Of a DNA stretch of 64,000 bases, positions 1-7,464 are shown piece after piece (position 1 is the stretch's first letter; each line of letters starts with the position of its first letter). Source of the DNA: a phage; NCBI GenBank assembly GCA_024672315.1, contig GCA_024672315.1_4714.1; one strand, given 5' to 3'. The notes beneath the pieces were generated by a model, which made no database searches, had not been told where the DNA came from, and saw only the letters and a list, made by a program, of their open reading frames with translations. A program made the position numbers and the translations under genes.

Positions 1-27
1 AAAAAAAAAAAAATAATGATAGTCACA

Positions 28-49
28 GGCTCTCCAATGAAGGAGAGCC
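28..49 (-). terminator. intrinsic terminator after gene 62-763
   Basis: 8-bp stem GGCTCTCC/GGAGAGCC with 6-nt loop; A13 at 1-13 gives a U-run on the minus transcript 14 nt past the hairpin. Confidence 0.55.
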
Positions 50-61
50 GTGACCGTCAGT

Positions 62-763
62 TTAGGATGCGGATAATCTCGCGTACTTCTGGCGAACATG
101 GTTCTTACGGCGAACTTCGTCGTCCTCGTCACGCCATTCGAGGTAAGCAACGAATCGACGTAACTGCGCTGCCGTCATCGTTGACGAGCGGTCTTCTACG
201 TCCAGAACAACGTAACGAACATCACCAACATCATCGCAATCAACGTAACTGAATACCAAAAGACCATCACCATATTCAACGATGGTAACTTCGAATCGTT
301 TATCGAACAAATAAAACAGTTCCGATTCAATGATCATTGGAATGACGCATAAATCGGCACGATTGAGGATTTCCATCATCACCCGTAACGCGCGAGGAGT
401 ATGACGAGCGAACTGGTCGTTAAAACGTTGTTTCATCGCTTGTTCCACGCCATCTGTTTTTGTTCCAAACCACGGACGTACTACAGATTTCGGTGGTGTA
501 AGACGAAAGCGATATGCTTGTATAAACAACAGAATATCAGCGACGTTGGGAAATTCTTCCTGGTCTTCGTATATCTTGCGGATAATATCCGGAATCGTAA
601 CCATCAAGTATTTCTTATCGCCTCCCACTTTCTCGAGATTAGCAATATGTCCTTCTACCACCGGCTGGTAAACGAAATTATACCAATGACGGTATCTTTC
701 GGTACGTTGGTAGTTTGGGATAAAATTAAGAATAATACTCACTGCGCGTTTTAACGGGTTCAT
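62..763 (-). CDS. hypothetical protein
   Basis: 233-aa ORF; ATG at 763 preceded by AAGGAT RBS; no motif recognised. Confidence 0.55.
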   Translation of the reverse strand: MNPLKRAVSIILNFIPNYQRTERYRHWYNFVYQPVVEGHIANLEKVGGDKKYLMVTIPDIIRKIYEDQEEFPNVADILLFIQAYRFRLTPPKSVVRPWFGTKTDGVEQAMKQRFNDQFARHTPRALRVMMEILNRADLCVIPMIIESELFYLFDKRFEVTIVEYGDGLLVFSYVDCDDVGDVRYVVLDVEDRSSTMTAAQLRRFVAYLEWRDEDDEVRRKNHVRQKYARLSAS

Positions 764-777
764 CGAAAGGATCCTTC

Positions 778-1191
778 TTATGTTTTAATATGCACATCGT
801 CAATCCCCTCGGTAATCCAGCCGATGGGAAGGACAATCGTTGTTATCGTGTTATGGGTGTAATGATTGAGAAAATGGAAATAGTAATTTTTGTTAGACTG
901 TTCAATCCGCAGGTCGAGGTGCGCGTCTTCAGGTAACCGTAACCATGCACCGTACAGTTCATTAAACTTACGCTGAATTTTACCGGGGTTCATTGGAACC
1001 CCACGACCACGACGATGTAGCTGACGTAATGATTCAATCAAACACTCAGAGATACCCGTTGTCGTTCCGTTATCGCTTGTATCAATAACGATGAACTCTC
1101 GTGACCCACGACCGAGATAAAAGCCAGCGACAAAAGCTGCAGCAACAAAAATTATCGTACCGATACCAATATACCAATAGTAAGTATCCAT
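778..1191 (-). CDS. small membrane protein (N-terminal TM helix)
   Basis: Track start at 1212 is TTG; ATG at 1191 has GAGG RBS; hydrophobic stretch YWYIGIGTIIFVAAAFVAGFYL near N-terminus. Confidence 0.45.
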   Translation of the reverse strand: MDTYYWYIGIGTIIFVAAAFVAGFYLGRGSREFIVIDTSDNGTTTGISECLIESLRQLHRRGRGVPMNPGKIQRKFNELYGAWLRLPEDAHLDLRIEQSNKNYYFHFLNHYTHNTITTIVLPIGWITEGIDDVHIKT

Positions 1192-1202
1192 AACGACCTC
1201 AC

Positions 1203-1730
1203 TTATACCCAATAGTCGGCAAGCGGTTTTACCTTATTAATGGGCAACTGTACTTTACCGATGTTCTCTACATCCGCATCAGCGTAGAGAACAATTTTAT
1301 CATCGTCTCTTTCCCAACGAATAGTAAATCGGCCAGGAAGAAGATTACCCTGTTCAAGAGACGCAGTAACCTGTTGTGTTAATACAGACAACCAAGCAGG
1401 CATCAGTGTTGCAATGTCTAAGTCATTTGACCATTCAGCACGTTGCTCCACTGGGCGTAACATACGTTCGACGGTGCGTTGAACCGTTGCGGTGATATAG
1501 CCTTTATCTTCGTCACTGATTGGATCAGGACGAGACACGAAACGTTCAGCAGGTTTACGGGAAATATGCTCATGCAAATCGATGAGTGGTGTTGTCATAG
1601 TACTCGCTCCATCAGAATGTAATTGGGTAACCCGTAGGGTTGTCTGCATGCTATTCAGAAGCGCAAAAGCGCCATAAACAACAACGATACCAAGTATAGC
1701 CAAAACAGAAATCATTAACGTGTATTGCAT
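1203..1730 (-). CDS. small membrane protein (N-terminal TM helix)
   Basis: Track start at 1778 is TTG; ATG at 1730 has GGGGAGA RBS; TM segment LMISVLAILGIVVVYGAFALL. Confidence 0.45.
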   Translation of the reverse strand: MQYTLMISVLAILGIVVVYGAFALLNSMQTTLRVTQLHSDGASTMTTPLIDLHEHISRKPAERFVSRPDPISDEDKGYITATVQRTVERMLRPVEQRAEWSNDLDIATLMPAWLSVLTQQVTASLEQGNLLPGRFTIRWERDDDKIVLYADADVENIGKVQLPINKVKPLADYWV

Positions 1731-1800
1731 TGTCGTCTCCCCTACATACGCATCTTGAAGATCGGTTAAAAACAACAAAAGAAAAAACGATATAAAGCAA

Positions 1801-1822
1801 GGTCCTCTGATATCAGAGGACC
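1801..1822 (-). terminator. intrinsic terminator after gene 1832-2488
   Basis: Perfect palindrome GGTCCTCTGATATCAGAGGACC followed on minus strand by T-rich tract. Confidence 0.6.
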
Positions 1823-1831
1823 TTGGATCAA

Positions 1832-2488
1832 TTAGCTTGCAGCTTCTTCATTTGTATCAGGTTTGCTTCCCCCTAACAAACCGTCAAACAGACCCGTATG
1901 TTTCAGGTAGAAGAGAGCGATAGCGCCCATTGCTGCTGCGCTCGTCGCCGTTAACGCAACCCCAGCACGATACTGCCATTTACGGTCAGGCTTTTGATCA
2001 AGAGCCATACGACGCATGTATTCAGCCTCTGCTTCATTCCGATGAATTTCGGATTCAGCCAAGCGGGCTAAGGTATCGCGGTCAAGGTTATCATAACGTA
2101 CGTTCATGGTGGTTTCCTCTTGTTTGGAAGTTGATTGCTTAATGGATTCTTGGTCAACAGTCGTTTCAGATGGTTCAAACGGCTGGTTGTTCATTTTCTG
2201 ATCTTTATTGGTCATGATAGACTCCTTCGATTTTTGAGATGAAATTGATTTAAACCATCGTGGATGGCAGTGTTCGGTTTTGCATGTACAGTTAAGTTTC
2301 TCGTGCAGGAAAGCGTAAAAACGTTTTGCGCCTACACGTAAGGCTTTCAGCATTACCCATCCACGAGCACTCAAACGGTGTAGCTGTTGCGGTATGTCTA
2401 GTTTCCTAGCCAAGCGAAAGTATCTTTCAATCACTTCGATAGGAAACCATTGTTGTTCCACATCGGTGAGACTGAAAGTCTTATCCAT
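1832..2488 (-). CDS. hypothetical protein with C-terminal TM helix and CxC..HxH cluster
   Basis: 218-aa ORF, ATG at 2488; motif NCTCKTEHCH; C-terminal hydrophobic AGVALTATSAAAMGAIALFYL; conserved 24-bp motif 24 nt upstream. Confidence 0.5.
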   Translation of the reverse strand: MDKTFSLTDVEQQWFPIEVIERYFRLARKLDIPQQLHRLSARGWVMLKALRVGAKRFYAFLHEKLNCTCKTEHCHPRWFKSISSQKSKESIMTNKDQKMNNQPFEPSETTVDQESIKQSTSKQEETTMNVRYDNLDRDTLARLAESEIHRNEAEAEYMRRMALDQKPDRKWQYRAGVALTATSAAAMGAIALFYLKHTGLFDGLLGGSKPDTNEEAAS

Positions 2489-2512
2489 GATTGAAATCTC
2501 GCTGGCTTACTT

Positions 2513-2536
2513 CACTTAAGTAATATAGCCGTGAAA
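2513..2536 (-). promoter_or_regulatory. conserved 24-bp motif, candidate phage promoter for gene 1832-2488
   Basis: Plus-strand CACTTAAGTAATATAGCCGTGAAA; 24 nt upstream of ATG 2488. Confidence 0.45.
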
Positions 2537-2638
2537 AATGTTGGATTAAGTTAAATACGGCAACCGCAACTAATTTTATAGGCTTTTAGCCTAAACCAAT
2601 CATCTTCGGAATCATCATCTTTGAAACAGGAACCTATC

Positions 2639-3460
2639 ATGGAAAAAGTATTTGTTTGTAAGTTGTTTACTAACGGCAATAGCCAACCAATGTATCTGAC
2701 CGATCCCGTTCTAGGTAATCGTAACAGTACCGTATTCAAAGAAGCTTTCGAATACGCTAAAAATAAAGCCGTGAGAACACTGACGTCCGATGACTGTATC
2801 AATGGTATCACGTGGGCAGAGTTAATCGGTGATGCCGTTCGACACTTCGTTCGGGATGCGAGAAAACGGGAAATCTGTCTCACGACTATTGTTGTGCGTG
2901 AAAACGCAGAAATTTTATCAAACGTTTTGGTTGATTTTAATGACGTTTGTATGTTTAATCCAGAGAACACGTTTGAACAATACCTTACTGCCCTGAACAA
3001 CCAACTCGGTAAAGATATTCATCCCGAATTCGCCAAGTTAACATATCAGTTACTTTTTGACGACGTCGATCCAAATACGAAGATCAATACCAGCTCGTCA
3101 CACCTGGTAAAGAAATACGGATCGGTTCTCGCTACGGCAACACCCACCACCGATGGCGGTTATGATATAGAATTGGATGGTCCATTAAAAGAACAAGAGC
3201 CTACTGGGGTTCGGGCGGTACATCACAACCTCGTCGTTAAATCTGATGGATGCGATGAACATTACGCTATGATAAACGATGAAAACAATTACCGTTTAAG
3301 TCAAGCGATTGGTGTTCTACGCTATACCGAACCAACCGTTGTAGACGATTACACATCGACAACAACGCACACCACGTGTTTCATTTTCATCTATCCCAAT
3401 GAAAGTGTATACATTACTGACTGCTACGGCAATACCGTAGATAGCTTACGTCGTTACTAA
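2639..3460 (+). CDS. hypothetical protein
   Basis: Track start 2621 is TTG; ATG 2639 preceded by AGGAA RBS; followed by classic terminator 3468-3493. Confidence 0.55.
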   Translation: MEKVFVCKLFTNGNSQPMYLTDPVLGNRNSTVFKEAFEYAKNKAVRTLTSDDCINGITWAELIGDAVRHFVRDARKREICLTTIVVRENAEILSNVLVDFNDVCMFNPENTFEQYLTALNNQLGKDIHPEFAKLTYQLLFDDVDPNTKINTSSSHLVKKYGSVLATATPTTDGGYDIELDGPLKEQEPTGVRAVHHNLVVKSDGCDEHYAMINDENNYRLSQAIGVLRYTEPTVVDDYTSTTTHTTCFIFIYPNESVYITDCYGNTVDSLRRY

Positions 3461-3467
3461 TCGTCGA

Positions 3468-3493
3468 GCCTGTCCTTCGGGGCAGGCTTTTTA
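3468..3493 (+). terminator. intrinsic terminator after gene 2639-3460
   Basis: GCCTGTCC-TTCG-GGGCAGGC stem-loop followed by TTTTTA. Confidence 0.75.
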
Positions 3494-3571
3494 TGCTGTT
3501 AAATATCAGGAATAAGAATTAACAAAATAGGAAAATGGTGTGAATATAACACAAAGGGGAGGGAGATGATT

Positions 3572-3688
3572 ATGTTACTCATTCTAATGGAGAGAGCATT
3601 GCTGGCGGGTATCTGCGCATTCTCTGTTAAACACGCTGTTGCTATCATGGCTGAAGAAAGGCGTAATACGCATAATGTATTACGCTGA
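3572..3688 (+). CDS. small hydrophobic peptide (38 aa), speculative
   Basis: Below track threshold; strong RBS GGGGAGGGAG 6 nt before ATG 3572 (in-frame ATG also at 3566); product MLLILMERALLAGICAFSVKHAVAIMAEERRNTHNVLR. Confidence 0.3.
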   Translation: MLLILMERALLAGICAFSVKHAVAIMAEERRNTHNVLR

Positions 3689-3797
3689 AAACACTGTGTG
3701 CATTAGTGTATGACGAGAAATCGTCGAGGCCCCCGTCTTCACGAGGGCCAACACCTATGCATGATTATCCATCGTCTGTTAAACAAAGGTTATAAAC

Positions 3798-4106
3798 ATG
3801 AGCAATTTGAACGTTGAATTTACTTCAACAACGCCTGTCATGAATGGTGTTGGCACTGAAACCAAAATCGTATTAGAACCCATTCCAGGGTTACGCGATC
3901 TCGGTGATTTTTATCCACTGATGCCGCGTATACGGAAGGCCTTAAACAGTATCGATCTTGATTCCAATAAAGATTTCCAACACGATACGGAAAATACCGA
4001 TCATGTATTGCTGCCATCAGGGATCGCAAAATTCACCTACACGCAAACATTGAAAGCCTCCGATGGTGAAATCCGTCGTTTTATCGTTGAAGTAGAAAGC
4101 GCATAA
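3798..4106 (+). CDS. hypothetical protein
   Basis: 102-aa ORF, ATG with AAAGG RBS; ends 5 nt before hairpin 4111-4142. Confidence 0.5.
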   Translation: MSNLNVEFTSTTPVMNGVGTETKIVLEPIPGLRDLGDFYPLMPRIRKALNSIDLDSNKDFQHDTENTDHVLLPSGIAKFTYTQTLKASDGEIRRFIVEVESA

Positions 4107-4110
4107 AAAC

Positions 4111-4142
4111 CATCCTCCCAACCCGTAAGGGAAGGGAGGATG
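4111..4142. terminator. CCTCC-family hairpin H1 at convergent junction
   Basis: CATCCTCCC-AA-CCC-GTAA-GGG-AA-GGGAGGATG between stops at 4106 (+) and 4160 (-). Confidence 0.6.
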
Positions 4143-4159
4143 AAATATGCCGTTAAACG

Positions 4160-4789
4160 TTATTCAACAAACCCCGCATTCAACAGATTGTCGTAAACAC
4201 GATTAGCGACATCAACAGGAGAATGTGTGTTACTGGTGTCTATACACAACGTTTTCGCGTCGCCGAGATAGTCCATAAAATCCATGTAACGATAACGTCG
4301 TTTATTGAATGTCGCTTCATCGATGTTATCAAACATCTGATGTTTAGCGTGGCGAACACGGAACCGTCTTAAATACGTAGGATAGTCAATATCCAGATAA
4401 ACGTAGTAAGACGGCATGATAATAGACGGTAAGTTCGGCAACAACGCATCAAACAACTTAACGTTAGCATCATTAACCTGATAAACGTACGTCGAAGCAA
4501 TCGAACGATCGCTAAGCACAGTCTTCCCTTCGTTAAGGGCTGGATGAATCACCTTGTTGAAGAGATGATTGCGTTGCGACATCATCGCCAATAGTTCAGT
4601 TTCTGGATCGAATCTGTTCGTTGGAGTCTGATCTTCCAGGATAAGTTTACGAATGGCTTCTCCGTAGAGCGTACCACCAGGCTCACGTACGACACAGACA
4701 TTGTTTAAACGGCTGTGTAAAGACGAGATAACCGAACTCTTTCCTGAATAATCCAGGCCTTCAATAACGATATATTTATTACGAGACAT
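4160..4789 (-). CDS. tmk: thymidylate (dTMP) kinase
   Basis: P-loop IVIEGLDYSGKSS, REPGGT motif and DR motif (SDRSIAS) in Tmk order; track start 4801 is TTG, ATG at 4789 has GGAG RBS. Confidence 0.85.
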   Translation of the reverse strand: MSRNKYIVIEGLDYSGKSSVISSLHSRLNNVCVVREPGGTLYGEAIRKLILEDQTPTNRFDPETELLAMMSQRNHLFNKVIHPALNEGKTVLSDRSIASTYVYQVNDANVKLFDALLPNLPSIIMPSYYVYLDIDYPTYLRRFRVRHAKHQMFDNIDEATFNKRRYRYMDFMDYLGDAKTLCIDTSNTHSPVDVANRVYDNLLNAGFVE

Positions 4790-4805
4790 TCCCCGCTCCA
4801 ATTAA

Positions 4806-5987
4806 CTATTTCGTTTTCGCCGTCAACGGCTGCGATACCGTAATCTCGACACGATTCTCATCGGTACGTTTAACGATGATAAGGCTGCGTTCATCACCGA
4901 ATGGTGCTGCTACCTTGGAAGCCTCTTTAAGATTTTCAAGAATCTCACCGAAAGCTTCAAATACCGCAAAACCAGAGCTAACATCAATTCTTACTAAATG
5001 TACACGCACGTTGTTTACGGTAATGGTGTCATCCGTCTTGAACCCGCAACAGGAGGGTAGACAGAACTGACCGTCAGCGCAATTAGCTAGGCATGCCTCG
5101 CCACCGAACATTTCTATTAACGTCACCGGTTTAAATGTTTTCTCTGGAAAAGCACTATTAAGGGTATCGTTTCCATTCACGAACCAGATCGTTACTTTAT
5201 CTTCGGAATACACCAGCCGGTACGGTTGGGTTGCGGACGCTTGCGCTTTATGCTGGTTAAATAACTTTGATTTTGTCGCAATCACAGCACGACCTTCGGC
5301 GTCGAAGTACAGAACTTCATACCCAACACATCCGATAAACACACGACGGTTATTAAGTTCCGGAATTCTGACTAATAATGCTTCACCGTTGTATCCGGTA
5401 GGAACAATACCACGTAGGATGATAGATTCATTGTTCAATACTGAGTTGTCCACGACGATGCTTCGCATTACCGCTGGCGTTACTGTTTTATCTGCGGTAG
5501 GTTCAGGTTGCTCGACAATACGGTCAAAAGGTTCGATGGATACCATGGGAACGAAGTATTCAACTATATACTTGTTTTCAGCACCAACGTCCATGACGAT
5601 GATCTGCAAACGCGTAGCATCCGAATTCAATGCCTGTTTCACACGTTCCGCATTAGGAGTATCACGGTCAATATGAATCAAGGCTTTTATCACACCGTCA
5701 TCTTCCAACCATCCCGTTAAAACGCGACCGACGATATCGTTCACGTCACGAATCGGGAAGAGCACTTCAGCGCCATCGAGCACCGCTTCGATTTTACTGC
5801 TAATGACGGGCACCTTACCGTCGTTAAGATGCGCCAACAGACCGGTTATTGCACCTTCACTAACCGGACGTTTTGTCGTCGTACTGACCAACGGTACGAT
5901 AAAACGATCTTCACTGTATTTCTCTGCACCACAGATAACCGGGACTTGAGGACAATAATCAACCAGGCCCCATTCAACCGTATTCAT
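4806..5987 (-). CDS. hypothetical protein with C-terminal Cys cluster
   Basis: 393-aa ORF, ATG 5987 with AAGGAAA RBS; motif CLANCADGQFCLPSCCGF; co-directional and tightly spaced with tmk and resolvase. Confidence 0.55.
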   Translation of the reverse strand: MNTVEWGLVDYCPQVPVICGAEKYSEDRFIVPLVSTTTKRPVSEGAITGLLAHLNDGKVPVISSKIEAVLDGAEVLFPIRDVNDIVGRVLTGWLEDDGVIKALIHIDRDTPNAERVKQALNSDATRLQIIVMDVGAENKYIVEYFVPMVSIEPFDRIVEQPEPTADKTVTPAVMRSIVVDNSVLNNESIILRGIVPTGYNGEALLVRIPELNNRRVFIGCVGYEVLYFDAEGRAVIATKSKLFNQHKAQASATQPYRLVYSEDKVTIWFVNGNDTLNSAFPEKTFKPVTLIEMFGGEACLANCADGQFCLPSCCGFKTDDTITVNNVRVHLVRIDVSSGFAVFEAFGEILENLKEASKVAAPFGDERSLIIVKRTDENRVEITVSQPLTAKTK

Positions 5988-6019
5988 AACGTTTTCCTTC
6001 TTGGGTTTTGTACATGTTG

Positions 6020-6661
6020 CTAACGGCGTTTTGTACCGACCTTCCCGTTTCGATGGTCGTCAAGAATACGCCATTCTTCGAACAGGAGTTCAGCTGCGAA
6101 ATAACCTACGGCGATGCTGTCTATCGCATGCTCATCAAGATTCGCTAACACAACACCGTTTCTGGGTGTGATGTTCATGAGGTTCAACACTTTCTGGCGA
6201 ACATCGTCCTTACCAACACGGGACGTCATGATCCCAACAGCGCGTTTTGCGCTTCGGTTATCAACCCCTAAGAAAGACACCGTAGGATCAAAATCGATAA
6301 CCGTTGTCTGAATCGCTGAAAACAGCTCGCTGAGCGCCATCCCGCTTTGCTTGAAACGACCGATGAACGGTGTCTCACAAGCAACCGCTTGCGGCTGGTA
6401 CTCTTGCAATAACGTTGTCAGCGAACGACGGTGTTCTTGGATACGCGCGGCACGATTACCGTATCCAAGCGCAATATCGCCATCGGGATCGTATCGACGT
6501 GAAGCGTGCCATGTCCCCGCATACAGCAGTTCAATATCTTCGACACGCACGTCCAAACGTAGTAACGACGCACCGAGCGTATCGGTGCCAGGGTCGATTG
6601 CCAGAATATCGTAAGCGTATTCTGGTGGGATCATGGTGTTACAACAGCCTCTACTGACCAT
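6020..6661 (-). CDS. RuvC-like Holliday junction resolvase
   Basis: Motifs ILAIDPGTD (catalytic Asp), AVACETPF (Glu), DEHAIDSIAVGY (His/Asp) in RuvC order; alternative start ATG 6634 gives an ATGA overlap with the upstream gene. Confidence 0.7.
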   Translation of the reverse strand: MVSRGCCNTMIPPEYAYDILAIDPGTDTLGASLLRLDVRVEDIELLYAGTWHASRRYDPDGDIALGYGNRAARIQEHRRSLTTLLQEYQPQAVACETPFIGRFKQSGMALSELFSAIQTTVIDFDPTVSFLGVDNRSAKRAVGIMTSRVGKDDVRQKVLNLMNITPRNGVVLANLDEHAIDSIAVGYFAAELLFEEWRILDDHRNGKVGTKRR

Positions 6662-7443
6662 GGGAAGGTTTTCGCAACAACACCTTCCAGGAAGCGTTCA
6701 ACTTCCGATTGCTCATACACCGAAAGCTTTTCAAACGGTGTTTGGTCTTCGGTTAAACCTACCGCATGAATAGGACCCAGGTCTTTAACCAGGGTAACTT
6801 CGCCTTTAACGCCTTCGCGTTTAACGATGATCGCATGATCGTTAACCTTAGGATCGTACAGCACGCGCATCATGGTTACTGCATCATCCGGTTCATAACC
6901 GAAATCGATGGCAACACGAGCATTCGTCCCTTCATCGTCCAGAAGCTTGCTTAGCGCTTTACAACGGTCTTCAATCCAATCCAACGCAACCACGGTTTCT
7001 TGGCGTAGCTGAACCTCAACTTCTTTTCCTTGTTCGTCGATACGTTTCACGGTAACAAAATCGTGTAATAAACGGTCAGGAAGGAGGGAAGCAATAAGCT
7101 CAACGTTGGGTTCAGGTTTTTCGTTTTCCAGAATGATGGTCGCTTGTGCGTCCAGATGTTCTTTAAAACGGATGTAACGCGTTAATCGCAGAACCTCGTC
7201 TTGGGATTTTGCGTCTTCGGGAATAATCTCCGTCATGACGTTATAGATCTTTTCAGCGAACGTCGGAATTACGGTGATTGTAATTCGTGCTGGCGTACCA
7301 CGCTCCTGGTACTCATCGGCTAACTTCTTCGCCATCCCGTTAAAATAAGTCTGGAGAAACGGTTGCTGCGTTAAAAACATTTTCTCCAGATCGGAATAGC
7401 GATGCTTGCGTGCATGGCCTAGCTTCTTCATGGGCTTTTTCAT
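6631..7443 (-). CDS. hypothetical protein between SbcC-like and RuvC-like genes
   Basis: Track start 7446 is TTG; ATG 7443 with AAGGAT RBS; no Mre11/SbcD phosphoesterase motifs. Confidence 0.55.
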   Translation of the reverse strand: MKKPMKKLGHARKHRYSDLEKMFLTQQPFLQTYFNGMAKKLADEYQERGTPARITITVIPTFAEKIYNVMTEIIPEDAKSQDEVLRLTRYIRFKEHLDAQATIILENEKPEPNVELIASLLPDRLLHDFVTVKRIDEQGKEVEVQLRQETVVALDWIEDRCKALSKLLDDEGTNARVAIDFGYEPDDAVTMMRVLYDPKVNDHAIIVKREGVKGEVTLVKDLGPIHAVGLTEDQTPFEKLSVYEQSEVERFLEGVVAKTFPWSVEAVVTP

Positions 7444-7464
7444 CAACAGAAATCCTTATTTGTC

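Noticed and set aside
16-754. Plus-strand ORFs 16-252 and 401-754
   Set aside because: Both lie antisense to minus gene 62-763, which has a good RBS and terminator.
6631-7443. SbcD/Mre11 nuclease call for the gene next to the SbcC-like ATPase
   Set aside because: None of the calcineurin-like phosphoesterase motifs (DxH, GDxxD, GNHD/E) are present.
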